A DNA stretch of 64,000 nt, from positions 53,320,001 to 53,384,000 of the forward strand of contig NC_091478.1 in assembly GCF_036971445.1 (NCBI RefSeq), given 5' to 3'. The first letter of the stretch is position 1. Every line of letters begins with the position of its first letter. The notes beneath the pieces were generated by a model. That model saw only the letters and a list, made by a program, of their open reading frames with translations, did no database searches and had not been told where the DNA came from. The position numbers and the translations under genes are program-made. This DNA is from Narcine bancroftii. Lineage: Eukaryota. Positions 25,034 through 37,000 of this stretch are shown here, in pieces.

Positions 25034-28000
25034 AAAAGATGCTTACAAACTCAAGCTAGCATGCTGGAACATCAGAACCATGCTAGACAAGGCTGACAGC
25101 CACTGACCTGAATGTCGGTCTGCCCTCATTGCACATGAACTCCTCAGACTTGACATCGACATAGCCGCTCTCAGTGAAGTCCGCCTGCCAGATGTAGGCA
25201 GCCTCCAAGAACGCGGCGCAGGCTACACATTCTACTGGTCTGGCAAGCCTTTGGATGAACGACGCCTATCTGCTGTAGGCTTCATGGTCAAGAACTCCAT
25301 TGCCTCCAAACTCGAAAACCTCCCGACAGGCCACTCGGACCGGATCATGTCCATGCGACTCCCCTTTCAAAACAAGTGTCGCATCACCCTCATCAGTGTC
25401 TATGCTCCAACCCTCCAGGCAGAACCAGCAGAAAAGGACAAGTTCTACATTGACCTGCGCAACCTCATTCAACACACCCCTACAGCCGACAAAGTTGTCA
25501 TCCTTGGCGACTTCAACGCTCGCGTCGGCAAAGACTCAGAATCCTGGCCAGGAATCCTGGGCAAGCATGGTGTCGGCAAGTGCAACGACAATGGGCGCCT
25601 CCTGTTGGAGCTCTGCGCAGAACAGCGGCTTGTCATTACAAACACCCTTTTTCAGCAGAGGGACAACCTGAAGACTACCTGGATGCATCCCCGATCCAAA
25701 CACTGGCACCTCCTGGACTACGTCCTGGTGCGAGAAAGAGACAAACGAGATGTGCTCCACACAAGGGTCATGCCCAGCGCGGAATGCCGCACTGCCCACC
25801 GGCTGGTTCGCTGCAAGCTCAACCTTCACTTCAAGCCAAAGCCCCCAGAACGAGGTTCAATGTTGGAAACCTGCAGTCAGACGAAGTGAGAGGAAACATC
25901 CAGGCAAACCTCAAAGCAAAGCTCGAGGATGCAATCCGCCTCACGGACTCGTCCCCTGAAACCCTCTGGAATCAGCTGAAGACTACCATACTGCAATCCA
26001 CTGAAGAGGTACTGGGCTTCTCCTCCAGGAAAAACAAGGACTGGTTCGACAAAAACAGCCAGGAAATCCAGGAGCTGCTGGCAAAGAAGTGTGCTGCCCA
26101 CCAGGCTCACCTTACAAAGCCGTCTTGGCCAGAGAAGAAACAAGCCTTCCGTCGCGCATGCAGCCATCTTCAGCGCAAACTCCGGGAGATCCAAAATGAG
26201 TGGTGGACTAGCCTCGCCAAGCGAACCCAGCTCAGCGCGGACATTGGCGACTTCAGGGGTTTGTACGAGGCTCTAAAGTCTGTGTACGGCCCCTCAACCC
26301 AAGTCCAAAGCCCGCTGCGCAGCTCAGACGGCAAAGTCCTCCTCAGCGACAAGATCTCCATCCTCAACCAATGATCAGAACACTTCCAATCTCTTTTCAG
26401 TGCCAACCGCTCAGTCCAAGATTCCGCCCTGCTCCAGCTCCCTCAACAGCCCCTAAGGCTAGAGCTGGATGAGGTCCTCACCTATGAAGAGACATATAAG
26501 GCAATTGAACAACTGAAAAGTGGCAAAGCAGCAGGTATGGATGGAATCCCCCCAGAGGTCCGGAAGTCTGGCGGCAAAACTCTGCATGCCAAACTGCATG
26601 AGTTTTTCAAGCTTTGTTGGGACCAAGGAAAACTGCCTCAGGACCTTCGTGATGCCATCATCATCACCCTGTACAAAAACAAAGGCGAGAAATCAGACTG
26701 CTCAAACTACAGGGGAATCACGCTGCTCTCCATTGCAGGCAAAATCTTCGCTAGGATTCTCCTAAATAGAATAATACCTACTGTCGCCGAGAATGTTCTC
26801 CCAGAATCACAGTGCGGCTTTCGCGCAAACAGAGGAACTACTGACATGGTCTTTGCCCTCAGACAGCTCCAAGAAAAGTGGAGAGAACAAAACAAAGGAC
26901 TCTACAACACCTTTGTTGACCTCACCAAAGCCTTCGACACCGTGAGCAGGAAAGGGCTTTGGCAAATACTAGAGCGCATTGGATGCCCCCCAAAGTTCCT
27001 CAACATGGTTATCCAACTGCACGCAAACCTACAAGGTCGGGTCAGATACAGCAACGAGCTCTCTGAACCCTTCTCCATTAACAATGGTGTGAAACAAGGC
27101 TGCGTTCTCGCACCAACCCTCTTTTCAATCTTCTTCAGCATGATGCTGAACCAAGCCATGAAAGACCTCAACAATGAAGACGCTGTTTACATCCGGTGCC
27201 GCACGGATGGCAGTCTCTTCAATCTGAGGCACCTGCAAGCTCACACCAAGACACAAGAGCAACTTGTCCGTGAACTACTCTTTGCAGACGATGCCGCTTT
27301 AGTTGCCCATTCAGAGCCAGCTCTTCAGCGCTTGACGTCCTGTTTTGCGGAAACTGCCAAAATGTTTTGCCTGGAAGTCAGCCTGAAGAAAACTGAGGTC
27401 CTCCATCAGCCAGCTCCCCACCATGACTACCAGCCCCCACACATCTCCATCGGGCACACAAAATTCAAAACGGTCAACCAGTTTACCTATCTCGGCTACA
27501 CAATTTCATCAGATGCAAGGATCGACAACGAGATAGACAACAGACTCGCCAAGGCAAATAGCGCCTTTGGAAGACTACTCAAAAGAGTCTGGAAAAACAA
27601 CCAACTGAAAAACCTCACAAAGATAAGCGTATACAGAGCCGTTGTCATACCCACACTTCTGTTCGGCTCCGAATCATGGGTCCTCTACCAGCATCACCTA
27701 CGGCTCCTAGAACACTTCCACCAGCGTTGTCTCCGCTCCATCCTCAACATTCATTGGAGCGACTTCATCCCTAACATTGAAGTACTCAAGATGGCAGAGG
27801 CCGACAGCATTGAATCCACGCTGCTGAAGATCCAACTGCGCTGGGTAGGTCACGTCTCCAGAATGGAGGACCATCGCCTTCCCAAGATCGTGTTATATGG
27901 CGAGTTCTCCACTGTCCACCGTGACAGAGGTGCACCAAAGAAGAGGTACAAGGACTGCCTAAAGAAATCTCTTGGTGCCTGCCACATTGACCACCGCCAG

Positions 28001-28759
28001 TGGGCTGATATCGCCTCAAACCGTGCATCTTGGCGCCTCACAGTTCGGCGGGCAGCAACCTCCTTTGAAGAAGACCGCAGAGCTCACCTCACTGACAAAG
28101 GACAAAGGAGGAAAAACCTAACACCCAACCCCAACCAACCAATTTTCCCCTGCAACCACTGCAACCATGTCTGCCTGTCCCGCATCGGACTTGTCAGCCA
28201 CAAACGAGCCTGCAGCTGACGTGGACATTTACCCCCTCCATAAATCTTCATCCGCGAAACCAAGCCAAAGAAGAAGAAGACAGGGCACCAGAAAGTGGGA
28301 ACCCTCCGCCACCATTTGAAAAGGACAATCAGAGGTGTGACTCACAGGACAGTGACCCCAGCGGCTGACCAGCGAGGGTCTCTGTGGCTGAAGATTACAC
28401 AGGCAATGGGTTGTTGGTGACTCGAGGCAAAGAACCCATAGAGACTGCTGGCTGCTGACAACTGAGCTGAAGGGACTCACACCAAGCTGCGCACAGGAGA
28501 CTGGCTAGAGATCATTGAAGGGGCACCAGGTACTGGAACCAGGGATGTGAGAGGATGCTGAGCGCTTCCTGATCGTGCCAGAGATTGTGATCTGGAGCTC
28601 GGGTTGTCGATGATTTGGACTGAAGTCTGTGTGGCTGTGGGAGCACTGGAGGGGAATCCATGACTGTGAGGGGATCCTCATTTGCTTCCCTTTTTTCCAC
28701 TTTACAGTAGACAAGAAGAAATTTTGTGTATTATTACATTTTCCCATTTATTACATGAC

Positions 28760-29017
28760 AATTTATTATATTTAGACAAACAGCATGGTAACAGGCCATT
28801 TTGGCCAACAAGTCCATGCTGCCCAATTTACACCCCATTAACCTGCACCCCTGGTACGTTTAGAATGGTGGGAGGAAACCAGAGCCCTCGGGGAAAACCC
28901 ATGCAGACAAGGGGAGAACGTACAAACTCCTTACAGACAGTGTAGGATTCGAAGCCTGGTCCCAATCACTAGTGCTGGGAAGGCATTGTGCTAACCGCTA
29001 CGCCAACTGTGCCACCC
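28760..29017 (-). mobile_element. tRNA-derived SINE
   Basis: Reverse strand gggtggcacagttggcgtagcggttagcac...ggcttcgaatcc...gtaaggagtttgtacgttctcccc. Inserted in the catgacaat|aaaagaatcttgaatc tail of the host repeat. Confidence 0.82.
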
Positions 29018-29349
29018 AATAAAAGAATCTTGAATCTTCAGCCCCAGCCTACTCAATTAATCCTTATAACGAACGAGCTTGAGCTCCAGCCCTGTGAATC
29101 ATCATCTCATTTCATCCTCCTTCTGGTCTGATGGGCCAGAGGTGCATAAAAAGTGAATACAAAAGAGTCAATGTCACATGAGACAGCAACAGGCATTAGA
29201 TCTTGGCCATTTACTCCTGCAACTACTTCATCACCCATGGAAGACAGACTTGTATGAGAATGGAAGAGGGAATGCAACTCTGCCATGAACATGAAATATA
29301 GAACACTAAAGCACAGTGCAGACTCTTCAACCCATGATGTTGTGGCAAC

Positions 29350-29698
29350 CAACATTCCCTCTAATTTTTAGTAGCCAGTGTGAGCAAAATTCTTATGTTG
29401 TGGAAATTTTTTTTCCTGTGACAAAAGTATGTGTGCACTGAAATCTTGTGCAAATATAAACTTGAAATGATTTAAAGATCATTTGGGCACAGCCTCTCTC
29501 TCATGGCGAATAAAACTGTATTGGTATTTTTTAATATGGTACAAGAATGATTGCATTCTACAAAGTAACATATTTAGTTAAGATTTTATAATGATTAATT
29601 ACTATATTATTTTAGGTAACTAATCTTTTGTGCACACATGAATTTACTTTGCGCATTGGATGCAAAATATGAGTGGGCACACAGCTTAGAGGGAACCT
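29350..29698. mobile_element. degenerate hAT-type MITE
   Basis: Inverted termini ttccctctaa (29355-29364) / ttagagggaa (29686-29695), AT-rich interior. TSD not discernible. Confidence 0.6.
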
Positions 29699-30912
29699 AT
29701 TTCACAATAATCTAACACTCTCGACCTCACACCCATAACCCACTATTGTTCATAAATCCATGTGCCCATCCATTCTTTTGAATGTCCCTATTGTAGTGGT
29801 TAGAGCACAGGTCTTGAAAACCAGGGATCATGAGTCCATTCATCACTGGAGCCTCATTTCTGTGAGGAGCGCTGGACAATGTGGTGACTGTCTTCTTTAC
29901 GGTAGACATGGTTGAAGAATTTCATGTTATGTTACATTCTATAATTAGTACGTGACATTATTGGAATCTTTACCAGGTTCTACCACCACCACCAGCAATG
30001 CCTTCCAGTCACCCACCCCTCTATTTGGTAAAAAAAGTTACCTCTGACATCGCTCCTAAACTTTCCTCTCCTCATCTTAAACTAATGCCCTCCAATGCCC
30101 CAGTAAAATGGTCCTGGCTGTCCACACTATGTCCCGCATAATCTTACATGCTTATTGGGTCACAATCCCACCAGTGGTATGACTTCAGAAGCCTTCCCGT
30201 AGTCTTAAGGTAGGCATCAACAAGTCAAAATCCATAAAGCTGGTTGATATACAAGACCCTTTGACAGCCCAAGATGGAGTGCTCGTGGCGTGAGCTGATT
30301 GTGCTTTCCACCGCTGGCCAACTAAGAGGAGCGTTCATAGTCGGAGTACAGGGGGGGCAGAGACTGCTGTTGTGGAAGAACCCCCACCCCAGGTGGTGAT
30401 GTACCAAGTCCCACACTTTCACAAGAAAAGGTGACAATTTGCAGAAACCCATGCGATTCACCTGTGACACTGACTCGTAGGCAGTGGCAGATGTTGTCTG
30501 CTGCCCAATGCTAATGAGATTCAGGGCACAGAAAGGATCAAGCTCCCTTTAGGAGATGTCAGACTGCTGAGCAGACCGTTCGTTGTCCAGTTCAACCTGC
30601 TCTGCTTCTGTCACTACTTGATAATTGGGTAAAGGGTGTTGATTTGAGAAAATCAGTGGAGGAAACAGAAAAATGATTCATTTATTGGATGAATTGTAGC
30701 TTGTGTGGGACCAAGTTACTTTGGGCTGGTCAGTGGTTTGAGTTGGGGAAATGTGAAAAAAAGTCATAAAATAACATACTGAATTTACACATTATTTGGC
30801 AACTTGCCTGATTGGGAAGGGCCGCTTGCAAAACAAAACAGGAAATGCAACAATTAAAACGGAGGATTCCCCTGTGAGAGCTTCTCACCACCTCCTGGAC
30901 CTTTGATCTTAC

Positions 30913-31081
30913 CTGGCAGTGGAGAACAGGCTCATCCTTGATCTCAGTGCTGGTGCTGCTGTGGAAGGTGATGTAGATGTGACTGGCACGGTCATTGGGG
31001 AGCAGAGAGCCTTTCATTGGCTGGATGGCAAGCAGAGAGTTCAGATCTGGCATGTGGCGTTTGGTGGGTTGCAGTTGAAAC
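30913..31081 (-). CDS. HYDIN: HYDIN internal coding exon (169 bp)
   Basis: Acceptor ctctctccttcatcag|G, donor CAG|gtaaga. Encodes FQLQPTKRHMPDLNSLLAIQPMKGSLLPNDRASHIYITFHSSTSTEIKDEPVLHCQ, like HYDIN ...SVQPKKGSL...PVLRCQ. Phase 2 in, 0 out, compatible with both neighbours. Confidence 0.9.
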
Positions 31082-31269
31082 CTGATGAAGGAGAGAGCAG
31101 AACGTTACAAGCAATGACACAACCAATATTGCAATCCTGGGGTTCCACAGCGAGGCCGCCATCACCTCAACTGTTAGGAGGCACTGATCCTTCCACTGGT
31201 TTATGATCCATCAGAACTATTGTTCAATCCCCATTTTACAGCACCTTCCACATCTCCCAAGCTAGTGCA

Positions 31270-32230
31270 GATTGGCAAGAACATCTTCTCAATCTCCATC
31301 AGAACCAGAGCCCCACAGGATTAGAATAGCCCACTGCTCTACTTGCTTTATACATGACTGTGTAGCTCGATATGACGACACCATTTACAAATTTGCTAAC
31401 GATACCACCATAGTGGGCAGTATAAAGGGGGGGGGGGGTTATAAATCAGCAGAGAGAGATTAAAAACTTGGCTGAATTGTGGACAAACAATAACCTGTCT
31501 CTCAATGGTACCAAGACCAATAGACTTCAGGAAAGGAAAACCATAGGCGTACAATCGAGTGATCATTGGGGAACCAGAGTTGGAGATGATGAGTATCTTT
31601 ACATTCCTGGGGTTCATTATCTTAAAGGACCCAACTTATTAATGCCATTGTGAAGAAAGCACATCACCATCTGTAATTCCTCAGGAGTTTGCAGAGGTTC
31701 AGAAGGTCACGGGAAACGTTAGCAAACCTCTACAGATTAGTGGAAAGTGTGCTGACCAGCTACATCACAGCCTGGTATGGCGCACCAGTTCCTCTGAGTA
31801 TAAAGCCCTTCAAACAGTCCACTATATCACAAGCAAAACTCTCCACCACTGAGAAAATCTACAAGGAACATTGCTGTCGGAGAGCAGCAGCAATCATCAA
31901 GGATCCACAGCACCCAGGTCGTGTTCTGTTCATGCTGCTGCCATCAAGAAAGGAGGTACAGGTGCCACAGGACACATAAGGAATAGTTGCTACCCTTCAA
32001 TTATCAGACTCCGGAACAATATACAAATTAATTTAGAGACTCATTTAAGGGCCTGTACCTGCTCATGATTTATTCCTGAATATTTATATTTTCTGTATTA
32101 GCACAGTTTGTTTACATTTCTCTCTTTTGTAAACATATCTTTCTACTTGAGTATACAGTTGCTGATAAGTAGATATTCTGCCTTCTGTTTAAAATTCTTT
32201 CTTAGACATTCTACCTGGCTGTAGGAAAAA
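31270..32230 (+). mobile_element. degenerate Rex1/Babar LINE (RT C-terminal half plus 3' UTR)
   Basis: HDCVARY..IYKFANDTTIVG, LANLYRLVESVLTSYITAWYG, IIKDPQHPGRVLFMLLPS and RNSCYPSIIRL are Rex1-clade motifs. Confidence 0.85.
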
Positions 32231-32261
32231 AGAAATGTAAACAAACTGTGCTAATACAGAA

Positions 32262-34037
32262 GCTTGGCTTCGAGGATGGAGATTTATGGAGGGGGTAAAA
32301 GTCCACGTCAGCTGCAGGCTCGTTTGTGGCTGACAAGTCCGATGCGGGACAGGCAGACACGGTTGCAGCGGCTGCAGGGGAAAATTGGTTGGTTGGGGTT
32401 GGGTGTTGGGTTTTTCCTCCTTTGCCTTTTGTCAGTGAGGTGGGCTCTGCGGTCTTCTTCAAAGGAGGTTGCTGCCCGCCAAACTGTGAGGCGTCAAAAT
32501 GCACGGTTTGAGGCGATATCAGCCCACTGGCAGTGGTCAATGTGGCAGGCACCAAGAGATTTCTTTAGGCAGTCCTTGTACCTTTTCTTTGGTGCACCTC
32601 TGTCACGGTGGCCAGTGGAGAGCTCGCCATGTAACACGATCTTCGGAAGGCGATGGTCCTCCATTCTGGAGACGTGACCCATCCAGCGCAGCTGGATCTT
32701 CAGCAGCGTGGACTCGATGCTGTCGACCTCTGCCATCTCGAGTACTTCGACGTTAGGGATGAAAGCGCTCCAATGGATGTTGAGGATGGAGCGGAGACAA
32801 CGCTGGTGGAAGCGTTCTAGGAGCCGTAGGTGATGCCGGTAGAGGACCCATGATTCGGAGCCGAACAGGAGTGTGGGTATGACAATGGCTCTGTATACGC
32901 TTATCTTTGTGAGGTTTTTCAGTTGGTTGTTTTTCCAGACTCTTTTCAATCTTCTTCAGCATGATGCTGAACCAAGCCATGAAAGACCCCAACAATGAAG
33001 ATGGTGTTTACATCCGGTACCGCACGGATGGCAGTCTCTTCAATCTGAGGCGCCTGCAAGCTCACACCAAGACACAAGAGCAACTTGTCCGTGAACTACT
33101 CTTTGCAGACGATGCTGCTTTAGTTGCCCATTCAGAGCCAGCTCTTCAGCGCTTGACGTCCTGCTTTGCGGAAACTGCCAAAATGTTTGGCCTGGAAGTC
33201 AGCCTGAAGAAAACTGAGGTCCTCCATCAGCCAGCTCCCCACCATGACTACCAGCCCCCCCACATCTCCATCGGGCACACAAAACTCAAAACGGTCAACC
33301 AGTTTACCTATCTCGGCTGCACCATTTCATCTTATGCAAGGATCGACAATGAGATAGACAACAGATTCGCCAAGGCAAATAGCGCCTTTGGAAGACTACA
33401 CAAAAGAGTCTGGAATATAGGAGTTGGGAGGTGATGTTGAGATTGTATAAGACGTTGGTGCGGCCTAATTTGGAGTTCTGTGTGCAGTTCTGGTCACCTA
33501 ATTATAGGAAGGATATAAACAGAGTGGAGAGAGTGCAGAGAAGGTTTACCAGAATGTTGCCTGGGTTTAAGCATCTGGAGTATGGGGAGAGATTGGACAG
33601 ATTGGGTCTTTATTCTTTGGAGCGTAGAAGGTTGAGAGGGGATTTGATAGAAGTATTTAAGATTATGAAAGGGATAGACAGAGTGGATGTGGATAGACTA
33701 TTTCCGTTAAGAGGAGGAAAGATTAAAACAAGAGGACATGAGTTAAGAATTAAGGGGCAGAGGTTTAGAGGTTACATGGGGGGAACTTCTTTACTCAGAG
33801 AGTGGTAGCTGTGTGGAAATATCTTCCGGGAGAAATAGTGGCGGCGGAGTCAATTGTATTATTTAAGAAAAGGTTGGACAGGTATATGGATGAGAGGAAG
33901 ATGGAGGGTTATGGGCATTGTGCAGGGAGGTGGGATTAGAAAGGGGTGTTTGGTTCGGTGCGGACTAGAAGGGCCTAATGGCATGTTTCCGTGCTGTAAT
34001 TGTTATGTTTATTATGTTATTAAAAACAACCAACTGA
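32262..34037 (-). mobile_element. RTE LINE with inverted 5' segment (32262-32946 minus; 32940-33415 and 34022-34037 plus)
   Basis: The minus part equals 27581-3' end of the long RTE. The plus part equals about 27120-27608, the immediately upstream segment, in opposite orientation. Confidence 0.92.
33416..34021 (+). mobile_element. young 5'-truncated CR1 inserted in the inverted RTE segment
   Basis: LYKTLVRPNLEFCVQFWSPNYRKDINRVERVQRRFTRMLPG...LERRRLRGDLIEVFKI with a (ttatg)-type tail. It splits the RTE sequence gagtctgg|aaaaacaaccaactga. Confidence 0.92.
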
Positions 34038-34089
34038 TATATGTATATATACATACATGTACTGCCCTACCTTCATTCTTCCTGTAATG

Positions 34090-37000
34090 AAGTGGCCAGT
34101 ACTGAACACCACATTCCAAGGATGGTCTTAATGTGCTAACTAATGAAACCCATCAGCCTTCTTAATTATCCTATCAACCTGAGAGGCAACCTTGAAAGAT
34201 GCATGGATTTGAACCCCCAAGGTCGCTCTGTTCTTCCACATTGTCAAGTGCCCTACCATAACCATGTACTCTGCCTTCAGGTTTGACCTTCCAAAATGCA
34301 TCACCTCACACTTATCCAGATTGAACTCCATCTGCCACTTTTCTGCCAAAGTCTGCATATCCTGTTGTAACCTATGACAATCTTCAACACTATCCACAAC
34401 ACCTCCAACCTTCGTATCATCCACAAACTTACTGACCCATCTTTCTACTTCTTCATCCAGGCCTTTTATAAAAATCACAAAGAGCAGGGGTCTCAGAACA
34501 GATCCTTATGGAACTCCACTCGTCACCGACCTCCAGGCAGAATATGTTCACTCCACTACTATCCTTTCCACAGGCATGTCAATTCTGAATCCTGTGCCTC
34601 ATGATTTTCTGAACGAGTCTTCCATGGAGGAGGACCTTGTCAAATACCTTACTAAAATCCATACATACATGTACCGCCCTACCTTCATCAATTTAATTTC
34701 TTTTTGTTCAATTCTGTTTTATCGCAGTAATTACAGAAAATTATTCTTAGAAGACTTCATACCAATTGTGCAGTAGGAACTGGCCCAGGCTGCTGGATCA
34801 CAGGCTGCTCTGGTTTGCTTTCTTTCTGTTCTAAAATAGTTGGCAAGATTTCATCCTTGTTGACGTGATCAGGGAAGGATTTCTTGGGTCCAATTTTACC
34901 ACTTGGGTCCCTTGGGAGCATTATTTTAATGATCCCTGAGAAGATTAGGCTTCTTTAAATGCTCATAAATCCTGTCCTTCAAAATCCTCTCCAATAGTTT
35001 ACCCATCACTGATGTAAAACTCACTTCTCTATAATTCCCAAATTCTCCCCATTACTTTTTTTAAACAAGGGGACCATATTTTCCCTTCTCCAATCTTCCT
35101 GCACCTCCCTTCCAGCCAAGGAGGATCATTCCCAATGCCTCAACAACCTCTTCCCTCCCTTCCCATCACAACTTGGCCTGGGGGACAGAGCAATCTTTTT
35201 TAAGATCCAGCACTTGCTCTTTTTCATTTCAACATGATCCAGCACATTCTATTCTGACCTTTCTCTGATGAACACTTTAGCAAAATATTCAAGCAAAGTA
35301 TTCATTTAGGACCTCCCCACCCTCCTCTGCATCCAGGAACATGTTGCCTCCTTTATCCTTAAGCGACTCTATCGTCAATCTTGTCATCCTTCTGTTCTTC
35401 ATATATGCATAAAACACCTTAGGGTTTTCCTTCATCCTACATGCCAAGGCCTTTTCATGTCCCCTTTGAGGTCTTCCAAGTCTTTTCTAAAGTTTCATTC
35501 TGGCTATCATGTCATTCTCATGAGCTCTTTCAGTTTTTTGCTTCCTCAGTCTTATGTATGCTTCCTTCTTCCTCTTCATCAGCTACCTCACCTGTTTTAT
35601 CAACCATGTTTCCCTTTTTCTGCCATCTTTTCCCTATCCTGAACCCAGTGCAAGTGGTCCCAGATCATCCCCTGCACTACTACTGTGCTTTCTCCCATCA
35701 ACATCTGTTCCCAGTTTACTCTCCCTAGTTCCTATCTCATCCCATCATAATTAGCCTTTCCACAATTAAACACTTTACCATTTTGTTTGCTTTTATCTTT
35801 AACTATAGCAATGATGTAGTGTGGTCACTATCACCCAAATGCTCCCCACTGAGAGGTCTGCCACCTGAGCACGTTCATTAGCCAGAATTAGATCCAGTGT
35901 GGCCTCTCTTCCAGTCAGCTGGTCCACATACTGTGTCAACCCTGACAAATTTTGCCCCATCTATTCCTCTTGCCAGTCAATATTTGGTAAGTAGTCTTCC
36001 ATAACAACAATACTGTTATTTCTGCACCTTTCCAAAATCTGCCTAATTTTCTGTTCCTCAGTGTTCCAAGGGCTATTTAGGGGCTTATAGATTATTTCCA
36101 ATAATTGCTCCCTTCCTATTTCTGACTTCCACCCACACCAACTCAGTGGACACAACCTCCACAGCATCCTCCCTTTCTGCAGACGAATGCAATACAATCC
36201 CTGACAAGTAATGCTCCTCCACCTCACCACCCTCCCTTTTCCACCCATCCTATCCCTTTTAAAACATCTAAACCCCGGTACCTGCATCAGCCAATGACTC
36301 TGTAACAGCCACAACATCATGTTTGATGTACTGATCAATGCTCTAAGTTCATCTTCTTTATTCCAAATACTCCTTGTATTGAAATATGCACATTTCAAGC
36401 CCTCCAACTGACTACATTTCTGCTTCCTCTCCCCTGTCTGTCCTTCATCACAAACCCACAACACCTAGCATCATGCTATCTACCTTCTTCCCTATTTTCT
36501 CCCCTCACAGTCTGGTTCCCATTCCCCCTGCCAAACTAGTTTAAACCCTCCCCAACAGGTCTAGCAAACCTGCCCACCAGGATATTGGTCCCCCTCCAGT
36601 TCAGGTGAAGCCTGTCCTTTTTGTACAGGTCACACCTTCCCCAGAGGAGATTCCAATGATCCACAAATCTGAACCTCTGTCCCCTGCACCAACTCTTCAG
36701 CCACACATTTAGCTGCCACAATTTCCTATTCCTACTCTTATTGGCATGCCACAGAGCCAGAATTCTGAGATAACCACTGTTAGGTCTGCTTTGTTCATGA
36801 ATGAGTGAGACAAACACCAGGCTGAGTCGAAATCAGGGTTCTTTGTTCTTTATTACCGGATTGTAACACTTGCGACCAACCAGGTTAGTCGGAGAATGCA
36901 TTCTGCCGTTATCAGCAAAATGGTGATTTTTTATACCCTTGGATATGTGCTTAGAACATCATCATATCATTACTTGTCCAATGACTAAAACTGTTGCTAT

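Larger units (their letters stand above)
24453..28219 (+). pseudogene. disrupted RTE ORF (EN-RT)
   Basis: ATG at 24453 is in frame with the EN domain. Three lesions: TGA 25104-25106, a frameshift near 25845, and TGA 26372-26374. The RT part 26537-28219 (560 aa) is open. Confidence 0.85.
24335..28279 (+). mobile_element. near full-length RTE-clade LINE (APE endonuclease + RT + C-terminal Zn-finger-like motif), 12-bp TSD
   Basis: TSD acagggcaccag at 24323-24334 and 28280-28291; (GAA)n tail. EN motifs WNIRTMLD, SVYAPT, ILGDFNARVG. RT motifs NYRGITLLSIAGKIFARI, FVDLTKAFDTV, GVKQGCVLAP, LLFADDAAL. Confidence 0.97.
24255..28760 (+). mobile_element. non-autonomous interspersed repeat hosting the RTE (24255-24334 plus 28280-28760)
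   Basis: The start cccaagatggtggtgcctatg and the end attttgtgta.tattacat...catgacaa are shared with 37660-38525. Confidence 0.55.

Noticed and set aside
26537-28219. 560-aa reverse transcriptase as a host gene or retron/DGR-like system
   Set aside because: It is part of a TSD-flanked RTE LINE with an upstream APE domain and several dispersed copies in the window.
18290-29017. tRNA genes at the tRNA-like heads (about 18290-18364, 19380-19445, 28945-29017)
   Set aside because: The A/B boxes are followed by a shared SINE core and tail, and no complete cloverleaf is evident.
30170-30470. Possible solo LTR or other insert
   Set aside because: GC-richer block with a TATA-like motif, but termini and TSD could not be defined.
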